Origin: Methanobacteriota archaeon
GTDB taxonomy: Archaea; Thermoplasmatota; Thermoplasmata; SG8-5; JAGLSY01
DNA: 64,000 nucleotides
NCBI GenBank assembly: GCA_020697715.1
Contig: JAEHCO010000001.1
Location: forward strand, 160,001 to 224,000
Direction of reading: 5' to 3'
Shown piece by piece: positions 57,701-64,000 of this stretch. The notes below the pieces were generated by a model that made no database searches, was not told where the DNA came from, and was given only the letters and a program-made list of their open reading frames with translations. The first letter of the stretch is position 1; each line of letters starts with the position of its first letter. The position numbers and the translations under genes are program-made.

Positions 57701-60395
57701 CGTCATATGATTGTGAATGTACGGCGATCGTCACAGGGCCAGGATCCACCATGTCCAAAGCAGACCAAGCCACTTGTGTCTCGACCGTCTGTGCTTGTGA
57801 TCTGGCAACTATGCTTCCAACCGAGGTGAAGCCACGCCAATCATCATTGTCACTTCCTCCGAAAGAATTGAGCTGGGAGCTGATCACGTTTCCGTTCCAA
57901 CCCTTTATCTCTATCATGAAATTAGCGCCCATCTCTTCAAATTTGTAGCCTGTTGTGGGATCTTGGTCCGTGTCAATGAACAAGTGGAAAATATCAACAA
58001 GACCAGCATCGTTAATGGGCTCGCCTGCCATAATCTGGCCACCATCCACCACGTCGATGTAGAATGATAGGTATTTGTCATCATTGTTCTCCGCGGCCAC
58101 ACCGACAATATCTATATTGGGATTGAAATCCACACCTTCTGATGATGATGTGGTCTCACCGACACCTTCCCAGTCGGAGAAATCTCCATCGATCACTATG
58201 CTATCATTTTCGACTGCTGGTGGGGAGAAAGACACCATGGGTACGAGCAGAAGGAGAACGGCCACCAAAGGAATGATGTATAGTTTCCATTTATTGCGAC
58301 GGGCTTCTCTATTGAATCTAGCTCCTCCAAGACCATTGGTCATACCGGTCCCATTTGTCAAACCATTAGTCATGCCACTTCTTAATGCCCTCAGACCATT
58401 GGTAAGGCCATTTGTAACACCATTCGTAAGACCATTGGTAAGGCCATTTGTAACACCATTCGTGAGGCCGTTGGTCAGACCATTCGTCATGCCGTTTGTA
58501 CGACCGAGACCATTTGTCAAACCATTAGTCATGCCGTTTGTACGACCGAGACCATTTGTCAAGCCATTAGTCATGCCGTTTGTACGACCGAGACCATTTG
58601 TCAAGCCATTAGTCATGCCGTTTGTGCGACCGAGACCATTTGTCAAGCCATTGGTCATGCCGTTTGTACGACCGAGGCCATTTGTCAAGCCATTAGTCAT
58701 ACCGTTTGTACGACCGAGGCCATTTGTCAAACCATTGGTCATACCATTGGTTCTTCCCTGGCCCTTACTGCTAGCTTTGGCCAGGCCATTCGTCATGCCT
58801 TTACGAAGGCCATTCGTCATACCCCTGTCCTTCGCTACTGGCGACTTGGATTGAAGTGGCTTGGTGACAGATTCTATCATTCTCGCTTCATCATCTGAAA
58901 CAGGCTCGGGTGCGTGAGGCGTGGCCTCCGCGCCTTCTGAGAATAAATGGGCCAGTTCATCGATCGCCGATTCCTCTTCTTCTGAAATGTCAGGAACAGG
59001 GGCCTTGAAAACCTCTGGTTCAGAATCCAGAGGTTTAACAGTTGATTCGATCAGATCGATCTCATCATCATCGAGATCCAGAGAACTCAGATCTTCAGAA
59101 AGATCAAGGTCTAATGAATCTAATTTACTCGTTATGCTATCCAAGATCTCTGATTCTTCCTCAGAGACCTCTGTTATATTTCCTGGCAGGTCCTCATCTT
59201 TGTCATCCAGCTCAAGAATGTCATTTTGGATCTGTCTCTGCTCTGCCAGCCAGACCTCCTTGTCCACCTCGGAATCATCCTCCACGGATTCCAATTCAAG
59301 GAGTAGATCTTCCATATCATCATCTGTTTCGGTGATGGTGGTCGTCACACCAAGCTCCATGGCTCTTTTATAACAAGATGCGGCCTTCTTATGTTCGCCC
59401 ATCTTGGTGAAGACCTCGGCCTTCATGTTCCAAACACCAGGATAATTAGCATCGATCTTGGTGATCTCGTTCAGAGCCTGAAGAGCCTCGTCATTCTTAT
59501 CCATCTTTGACAATACCTCGCCTTTCAGGAACCATTGTTCTATGTCTGAAGGATCTGAACTTATAACAGCCTCTATATCGGCCAACTGTGAAGCCAGATC
59601 AGAATCAACATCATCTTCTGCTTCATCTTTGAACTTCATTCCACATTGATAACAGACATTATCTCCCACTTCCAATATCGTAGCACAAAGAGGACACGCG
59701 AATTCCTCGACTGTTTCTTCAATGTTCAATTCATCTATGACTGGTTGTCCTATCCCCTCGGATTTCTCATCCAGTGTGACGATTATCTTGATCTTCTGAG
59801 CGGACTTAAGACCTATGCCTTCTACCGAGGACAGCTCATCCACACTTGCCTCTCTCAGGTCGTCCACTGACCTGAATCCCGCATTGTATAGCGCTTTTCC
59901 CTTTAGAGATCCCAAACCAGGCACTGAGGTCAATAATTGAATGGCCTTTGTCTGTCGCTGTCTATGCGGATCAGCCATTTCCTCGGATACCATTTGCTCC
60001 AATATTTGATCCACACTTTCTCTCGATGACAGTGTATGACTGAGTGGATGGGCTTGACTGGATGAGGTATCTTTGAGGTTTTTAAGAAGTAGATCACTGG
60101 AACCATTGTAATTTCCAATTCCAGCTTGGGCTCGAGCCATGTTCAAAGTAAGTCCCGGAGTATTTGGAGCCAAAGCATTGACCTTGTCAAAACATTTGAG
60201 TGCTTCTTGATCTTTACCAAATGATAAAAGGGTCTCTCCATGAGCCATCCATAGTCTTGGATTATTAGGATTGGCATTGAGCAATCGCTTTTGTCTTTCC
60301 AGAAGTGATTCACTAACCTTGACAGGCTTGGTATCTGAGGCTTTTCCCCATTTGGCGATAAAATCCTCAGTGAATCGCTTTTTCTCTGGTGCCAT
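51720..60395 (-). CDS. Giant (~2,891 aa) receptor/adhesin-like protein: TPR, HhH, Zn ribbon, TNG repeats, TM, seven FG-GAP repeats with inserts, C-terminal anchor
   Basis: Uninterrupted ORF; ATG 60395 with GGGAG upstream preferred over TTG 60473; motifs detailed in findings. Confidence 0.88.
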   Translation of the reverse strand: MAPEKKRFTEDFIAKWGKASDTKPVKVSESLLERQKRLLNANPNNPRLWMAHGETLLSFGKDQEALKCFDKVNALAPNTPGLTLNMARAQAGIGNYNGSSDLLLKNLKDTSSSQAHPLSHTLSSRESVDQILEQMVSEEMADPHRQRQTKAIQLLTSVPGLGSLKGKALYNAGFRSVDDLREASVDELSSVEGIGLKSAQKIKIIVTLDEKSEGIGQPVIDELNIEETVEEFACPLCATILEVGDNVCYQCGMKFKDEAEDDVDSDLASQLADIEAVISSDPSDIEQWFLKGEVLSKMDKNDEALQALNEITKIDANYPGVWNMKAEVFTKMGEHKKAASCYKRAMELGVTTTITETDDDMEDLLLELESVEDDSEVDKEVWLAEQRQIQNDILELDDKDEDLPGNITEVSEEESEILDSITSKLDSLDLDLSEDLSSLDLDDDEIDLIESTVKPLDSEPEVFKAPVPDISEEEESAIDELAHLFSEGAEATPHAPEPVSDDEARMIESVTKPLQSKSPVAKDRGMTNGLRKGMTNGLAKASSKGQGRTNGMTNGLTNGLGRTNGMTNGLTNGLGRTNGMTNGLTNGLGRTNGMTNGLTNGLGRTNGMTNGLTNGLGRTNGMTNGLTNGLGRTNGMTNGLTNGLTNGVTNGLTNGLTNGVTNGLTNGLRALRSGMTNGLTNGTGMTNGLGGARFNREARRNKWKLYIIPLVAVLLLLVPMVSFSPPAVENDSIVIDGDFSDWEGVGETTSSSEGVDFNPNIDIVGVAAENNDDKYLSFYIDVVDGGQIMAGEPINDAGLVDIFHLFIDTDQDPTTGYKFEEMGANFMIEIKGWNGNVISSQLNSFGGSDNDDWRGFTSVGSIVARSQAQTVETQVAWSALDMVDPGPVTIAVHSQSYDGYHDHSDHLVSNSLAILTVEQRSSCSEILSGSGQSLLAFDVTATEIDAVLDSVQVTLKGTIPLSSISSVRVLNSAGSTVVETSQLSSTLSLAMGTTIPAGQTQSFTLEVDISASASSGTTLGAEITSSAGISVVDGVASLNTESSSYDLGYIDVVPFGVMIDGGFSDWSSASNDEIGEPDTGSSTSIDISRYGAYNDGTKLAFYMRSNGDIMGGASVPLTATARAPSSTPPPPSTTTAQVDSDGDGILDQYEPGYEHDFNNDGIPDSESNDDDGDGEIDHDAGGTDEELYNEDTKVTKYIGPDHIPPLNGYDTSTIYVDVDNDTSTGYSRSGLGVDYIIEFSGKYGEIKSSFTREFTGLSQREWSWADIQMPDFQYDTKQLEVMLDIQTVEDISASFETISWNEDSDTAIEEDTPLTLPVTRSAPDPEAPMAGDMLQLSEVTSGNGSAASDLFGWNVSYAGDVNNDNYPDVVVGAPGASGNEGRAYVFFGYYGFNSSNGNYMQAAFANVTITGAASGDHFGWDVSDAGDVDNDGYDDIIVGAPDTTNGNAYIFYGKGLNWEEVTGDGSWDLASTSANVTITGGASGDDFGASVSGAGDYNNANNDDVIVGAPYANSGKGKAYIFYGDGSIPTTAATADVSLNGTVSNGNFGFSVSDAGNTDGTAGSEVIIGEPGNERAYVFSLPVLETADTDWNVSGTLTNTYTSTQSSNDGYEEIEEVWGGGSGGGISFFSDGFESGDLTTGGWTVTGDPAASTENVNTGTYSCDLGSGNSVTTNHIARTIDSTGKEGITLSYSVAATGLDSGVDYFRAEYDVGSGYVILEELTGDLAYADKSFLLPASANNNPNLAIRFYLYRSALNEDAYVDDIVVTYTPKVSRLEHKWNVSISSRSQNTFYLEANHTSNTEGDDFDFYYSTTGTGTVGDSGWTKMLTVTKTTENDAYQSYTDDTLCSLSGTVYVGVIDTDSSEGNTVNDTLYVDHLYFTSVPYKELLSEKAFLTTDYTTGADVADTGTVSGTHTNTQTQNDGYQSITEVSSAAVYDEDFATSETYNESDSGSNVNDYTDTADQDGTTQDIVEYQITGGSSTTTLIPTESFESTSWPTDWTEAAGTVWNPETDQFHTGSYSADFDGANPGLSGTLQSPSMDTSSATSIDVDFWWREDDADPNDYTLYYYDNTGTWDLIEDLATLQTTEDTWYNYQETITDSQYLHSAFQIQWRAASMRSGEAVWLDDVNVTMDSTAVPHYSLEHKWTFTSTPASADQYEFQLRAGWDSGGSPNDEFMFYYATTNSGDVGTSAWTYMFSVDAQAQTTYTFDLDADGFTGGAFYVGAIDNTSANSQADTLEIDFMCVNTTVSIASTRLEHKWTMSVTAGTDSTFYLDGYRTDLDSENFEFYYSTAGTGAVDTWTKMLDMTKTSDDDVYQTYSDATLDAYTGTLYIGVVDATSGDSNLDTVYIDHMYLHVSGAAVQSKFGWSVASAGNVDNSGNDDVIVGAPGTSNGNAYIYKGGDIDGTGSRTDTSQSDFTATGSSLASANPNTNIYASSGGDLMLDKTITYEDNFDTGETVGNDPTGWTITAEGTGCDVAVDDTYSVSASNGLNFNDTNSVDQNIQIDDTFTDATGFVCMEFKIYFESQTADDYFSMAGFDGATFAFQMQFIDGDICVRDFQGGDSTEVIMPYATGCWYTITVVADCDNDQFDMFINGTLEYTDALMANVATVDSMSAITFLSGTAGMSDVWIDDVNVYKYNTPGTYESSTTAVSGQITSMTADWTAVTNGASMTVSVSRDGGTTYTAVSDGIEYSFTGGEAQGDDLRYKIVMSTTQVCYTPVLSSITISYKYCKIAVTLTGETSGDKFGYSVHGLDDFNGDTYDDVIVGAPYYSSGKGAVYIFNGSATMASAISAANADYVNYSANASSHFGWSVCKVGDLDGDNKIDVLIGAPHFTAGSNANAGITWVMFASGTMVIIISEYSALAFVIFMPMVIFSIVRRKRKASLPQ
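58330..58825 (-). repeat. Coding tandem repeat: 7 x 42 bp (GRTNGMTNGLTNGL) plus 12-bp TNGx units
   Basis: Unit markers at 58501, 58543, 58585, 58627, 58669, 58711 and 58753, mostly synonymous differences. Confidence 0.95.
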
Positions 60396-60597
60396 GGTCT
60401 CCCTGAATCCCTTGCATAGGTGATCGTGGAAATGTGACGCCTGTTTATTTATCGGTCTATTAGGCGTGCGCAATATTGTTTAATTTACCATATACATTAA
60501 AACATAATGCATGGGGATATAATAAGGTTCTATGCAATATATTACATCGACTATTTTAATTGTTAATATTTATATAACAAAAAAGTTTTAACAATAC

Positions 60598-61326
60598 TTA
60601 GGCCAATGCTCTCTCGATCGGATAATAGGGGATCTCCAAACGTTCAAGGTTATTGCCTATGTTTATCGTGATGACAAGGCCCCTTCCCTTTATTTCCTTT
60701 ATTTCAGGATTGAGGAATTCGGCCTTCATTCTCTTAATAAGACTTGCCCTGAAGGTCTTCAGGCTTGATCTTTCTATCCTTGCCAAGTCCTTGATCTTAC
60801 TTGTCGGGTAATATCTCAGGTGCCTGCCATCCTTCAATACAGATATCAAGCCAGAACCTTCCAATCTATCGAACATAGATCGGGAATGATTCTTATCTTC
60901 CAGGGCCATCTTCAATGCCCCTGTGCTTGAGCCGGGTTCCTTCACTATCTGCTTGAAAACAATATTATGAGAAGGGTCGTTCAAAAGACTGAGAGCTCTT
61001 TTGGAATCGTCCTCTTTCAGCATACCTGTTGGGAAATACACCATCCTGTTGAAATAAGATTTACTCTGCACATAATCTCTATCCTCAAGAGCATCCAGAT
61101 GCCAGATGACAGTTGGTCGAGAAAGGGCAAGTTCTGAAGATATACGAGAAACAGTGATGCATGGTGTTAGACATAGAAGCTGGAATATATTTTTCCTATT
61201 ATGGTTCGAGATCACACTGGCTTTCCTTCGAGAGCTTGTGGTCTCTTCTTTATCAGGGAGCTTGTCCTCGACAACCCTTTTCAATGCATCTCCTATCTTT
61301 TCCATTGGAGACCGCCTAGCCCTCAT
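60598..61326 (-). CDS. Tandem winged-helix transcription regulator
   Basis: RKNIFQLL..PC..ISSEL.LS.PTV.WHL..L and IFK-like..PG..L...GLI..KDGR..RYY. Confidence 0.82.
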   Translation of the reverse strand: MRARRSPMEKIGDALKRVVEDKLPDKEETTSSRRKASVISNHNRKNIFQLLCLTPCITVSRISSELALSRPTVIWHLDALEDRDYVQSKSYFNRMVYFPTGMLKEDDSKRALSLLNDPSHNIVFKQIVKEPGSSTGALKMALEDKNHSRSMFDRLEGSGLISVLKDGRHLRYYPTSKIKDLARIERSSLKTFRASLIKRMKAEFLNPEIKEIKGRGLVITINIGNNLERLEIPYYPIERALA

Positions 61327-62239
61327 CGATCAGCTCATATTCTGAAAGAATTTGAGTCAATATATACTCTGGATCCAGATGGCCAATATCCTCTTCTGAT
61401 AATTTATTGATGGTCCTGATAAGGCTCTGCTTGACCTTGGGTGTCAGCTTCGCCTTCTTATCTGCGGGCAATTGCTCAAATATGCCATTCAGCAATGAGG
61501 TCATGTCCACAATGTTCTTTGGAACTTGATTGGCAAGTTTGGCTCTTTGAGTGATTATGCCACTTCCTCTAACGATCGTGTACGGATGCCAAAATTTGCT
61601 GTGCCTGCTACTCCGGCACTTGATGATCTTCATTTCTCTTCTTTCAGGGCTATCGTGACTTCTGTATCTGAGGTGAATGACATTATCAGCCAGGTACATC
61701 GGAATTACCAACTCCGGTCCTGATAGATCACCAACAACACCATGTTCCTCCAGGGTGCACACCACCGTTCCTATGTTCCTCGTCCCCCTGAGAAGTGATG
61801 AAACTAAGTCTCTTTGCTCGTACTTATCCTCGGTGGACCAGAGCACGGGTGTAAGGGGATCGATGACTATCCTGGCATTATATCCTTGCCATTCATCAAC
61901 AAAGCCCGCCAATTCTGTTTTGATAAAATCCGAGAACTCGCGGCCACCGGCATCGACGAAGATCAGCATCCCTTTATCAATATAATCCTCAACATCTTCC
62001 CAACCCATTTCTATCACGCCCTTGATGATCTGCTTCGGGCTCTCATCAAGAGTTATGAATATGGCATCTTCTCCCAATTCCAGACCTCGCTTCAGGAAAT
62101 AAGTTGCAAAAGTGGTCTTGCCAGCACCGGAAGTTCCGATAACCGCAGTTATCGTATTCTCATTAATGCCTCCGTCCATCAGACCGTTCAGTCCATAGAC
62201 ACCACTCTTGATCTTTTTCAAAGGTATGTGGCTCACCAT
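61316..62239 (-). CDS. KaiC/RAD55-like ATPase with C-terminal helical extension
   Basis: SGVYGLNGLMDGG, GTSGAGKT, TLDE, VIDP, YLADNVIHL, KCRSS. Confidence 0.9.
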   Translation of the reverse strand: MVSHIPLKKIKSGVYGLNGLMDGGINENTITAVIGTSGAGKTTFATYFLKRGLELGEDAIFITLDESPKQIIKGVIEMGWEDVEDYIDKGMLIFVDAGGREFSDFIKTELAGFVDEWQGYNARIVIDPLTPVLWSTEDKYEQRDLVSSLLRGTRNIGTVVCTLEEHGVVGDLSGPELVIPMYLADNVIHLRYRSHDSPERREMKIIKCRSSRHSKFWHPYTIVRGSGIITQRAKLANQVPKNIVDMTSLLNGIFEQLPADKKAKLTPKVKQSLIRTINKLSEEDIGHLDPEYILTQILSEYELIDEG

Positions 62240-62448
62240 CCAAGGGAATCCAATTTCTTTTCTTTCTTCGTGGCCTTCTTGAATTCCTTGTAGTGTTCCT
62301 TGCAGATCTTCACCTTGCTACCACTGCCAGTCAGGCTGTGATTAAGTTCTTTATCCACCTTCTTCCTTGATAAGGACCGGGTTGATTCATTATCGCAGTT
62401 GGAGACCTCGCATATGATGATCTCATCTGACTTTCTTTCTCTGGCCAT
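62233..62448 (-). CDS. Small basic C3H Zn-finger protein
   Basis: CEVSNC...ICKEHYKEFKK; stop overlaps the KaiC-like start. Confidence 0.78.
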   Translation of the reverse strand: MARERKSDEIIICEVSNCDNESTRSLSRKKVDKELNHSLTGSGSKVKICKEHYKEFKKATKKEKKLDSLGW

Positions 62449-62502
62449 TGTATTCTTTAATCATGTATGGATATTAAAAGGTATCGAAGATAATGCCAAA
62501 GT

Positions 62503-62642
62503 TTGAACCTCCCCGCCCATCGTTGAACTCCTGACGAGGTTTCCGAATAGGGAGCACTCTGTGTTTGTCACTTGCTGGGTCATCGAATATAATACCCCGC
62601 CCTGCTGAATATTTTGCGATTGTTCCAGACGGGGCATGCTTG
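62503..62642 (-). mobile_element. ORF-less element with IS200/IS605-like terminal hairpins
   Basis: Minus strand reads GCATGCCCCGTCT..AGGGCGGGGTA ... GAAACCTCGTC..GGCGGGGAGGTTCAA; similar to 1275-1350. Confidence 0.45.
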
Positions 62643-62797
62643 AATGCAAATGCCTTGCAGGGATTCAGCAGGATTTTATCCTCACCCAGCTTCACAAGCT
62701 ATTCTCCCAACAAAGGTGGGTCTTATTGTTTTCTCAGTGTGGAGGGGGCCTAGAAGGAGGGCACAATAGTAAAGAGAATATCTACCTCTGGCCTTCA

Positions 62798-63235
62798 TCA
62801 TCTGGCATCGTCCATTATCTCTCTCAAAAATATATCGGCCGCTTCCATCGCATTCTCTTTATTGGCCGGATAAGCTCCTGTCTTCAGGGAACAATCTATG
62901 ATGTTCCTATCATCCGCAAGCACGATCTGGCCTTCATAAGCCATATCCTTACTCAGTCTGATATGGAGATTGCAATTATCGTCCATCCTGTCATCCATCT
63001 TTTCGAGCATTTCCTCTATTATTCCAGTGCCCTTCAGCTTCTTGAGGAAGGCCTTGATGTCCCGATTCCTTGAGATCGTGGCCTCCATGATGGTGATGGA
63101 ATTGCCAAAATGGCCTTCTGTCCTTATTTCGGATTTCTCGGCATCGGCTACGATGAAGGTCAGTGCTTTCCTGACCTTGTCCTCGGATTCCGTTGCCTGG
63201 ATGAATGTTCTGAAATGCACTCTTAGGAACGCCAT
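62798..63235 (-). CDS. COG1325-like predicted exosome-associated RNA-binding protein
   Basis: ATESEDKVRKAL, GHFGNSI, LHIRLSK..AY, GAYP. Confidence 0.85.
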   Translation of the reverse strand: MAFLRVHFRTFIQATESEDKVRKALTFIVADAEKSEIRTEGHFGNSITIMEATISRNRDIKAFLKKLKGTGIIEEMLEKMDDRMDDNCNLHIRLSKDMAYEGQIVLADDRNIIDCSLKTGAYPANKENAMEAADIFLREIMDDAR

Positions 63236-63330
63236 TGACCCATAATGATACATGATGTATCTAAAAGTTAGCACTAATTATCACTTAATTATAAAAAGCA
63301 GTTATTGTATCCCCATGCGGGTGAGGCAAA

Positions 63331-63876
63331 ATGATCGAAATAAGATTTCATGGTCGGGGAGGCCAGGGAGCAGTTATTGCATCCAATATTCTTGCTGAAG
63401 CAGCATTCCTTGAAGGTAAGTCAGTTTCAGCTTTCCCATACTTCGGTGTGGAAAGAAGAGGAGCCCCGGTCACCGCGTACACGAGAATAGACGATAAAGA
63501 GATCAGAGTGAAGTCCGGTATCTATGAGCCAGACTATGTCATAGTGATGGATCAATCGCTTATCAAAGCAGTTGATGTTGTTGCTGGGCTCAAACCTGGT
63601 GGAAAGGTAATAATCAATACCACCAAGAGTCCTGGTGATTTTGATCTTGGAGAAGCTGAGGTTCATACTGTGGATGCCACTGGCATCGCAATAGACAATC
63701 GACTTGGAAGCAAGGCAGCTCCTATTGTGAACAGTGCTATTCTTGGTGGTTTTATTAAGATATCTGGCGTGGTGGAACTTGATTCACTCCTGAAAGGTGT
63801 GAGGTCTCTTGCTCCTGTGAAGAAGGAAGAGAATGCGACCGCGGCCGATCAGGCTTACTCAAAGGTGGTGAGTTAA
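63331..63876 (+). CDS. porC: 2-oxoacid:ferredoxin oxidoreductase gamma subunit
   Basis: [34 protein letters not shown]. Confidence 0.93.
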
Positions 63877-64000
63877 TGGGTATGGAAAAATACAAGGGAT
63901 ACAAAGACCTGCCAATAATGCCAATAACCGACACCCCATCGACTGTCAACCAGACAGGGTTCTGGAAGACCTTCAAGCCTATTTTCGAGAAGGACAAATG
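63876..64000 (+). CDS. porD: 2-oxoacid:ferredoxin oxidoreductase delta subunit, partial
   Basis: TAATG coupling; [13 protein letters not shown]...NQTGFWKTFKPIFEKDK(C) matches the TGxWR..P..D..KC pattern. Confidence 0.82.
   Translation, partial: MGMEKYKGYKDLPIMPITDTPSTVNQTGFWKTFKPIFEKDK

Noticed and set aside
58330-58825. 42-bp periodic repeats as a CRISPR array
   Set aside because: No unique spacers; repeats are contiguous, in frame, and vary at synonymous positions; no cas genes in the window
58075-58854. 259-aa plus-strand ORF (PFVRPRPFV repeats)
   Set aside because: Antisense shadow of the TNG repeat
62474-62695. 73-aa ORF sharing HAPSG..YS.GRG.IF with a frame near 1350
   Set aside because: Similarity is explained by the shared DNA hairpin, and the other copy lacks a convincing start; not fully excluded

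Overview
Gene-dense archaeal chromosome segment. Thermoplasmatota is the most likely lineage, inferred from the proteasome/exosome superoperon, DUF835 and KaiC-like proteins, and a PEF-CTERM-like tail. It contains: (1) the psmA-SBDS-rrp4-rrp41-rrp42-rpl37ae-rpoP superoperon; (2) ion and osmotic transport genes (P-type ATPase, VIT1, CPA1 antiporter, two MscS, APC-USP permease); (3) a ~15 kb surface-glycan cluster with an LpxD-like acyltransferase and a CapK-like ligase; (4) a KaiC-like ATPase near two DUF835-TPR proteins, one with a longin-like domain; (5) a four-gene operon around a polytopic membrane-embedded Cdc48/p97-like double AAA+ ATPase; (6) a ~2,890-aa receptor-like protein downstream of a Zn-finger/KaiC/wHTH operon. 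That protein has a cytoplasmic TPR, HhH and Zn-ribbon head, about 32 TNG repeats, a TM helix, and seven FG-GAP integrin-alpha blades split by nested inserts. Two related ORF-less hairpin elements resembling IS200/IS605 ends lie at about 1.2 kb and 62.5 kb. No rRNA, tRNA or CRISPR array was recognised. All family calls are from motif recognition by eye, not database searches.
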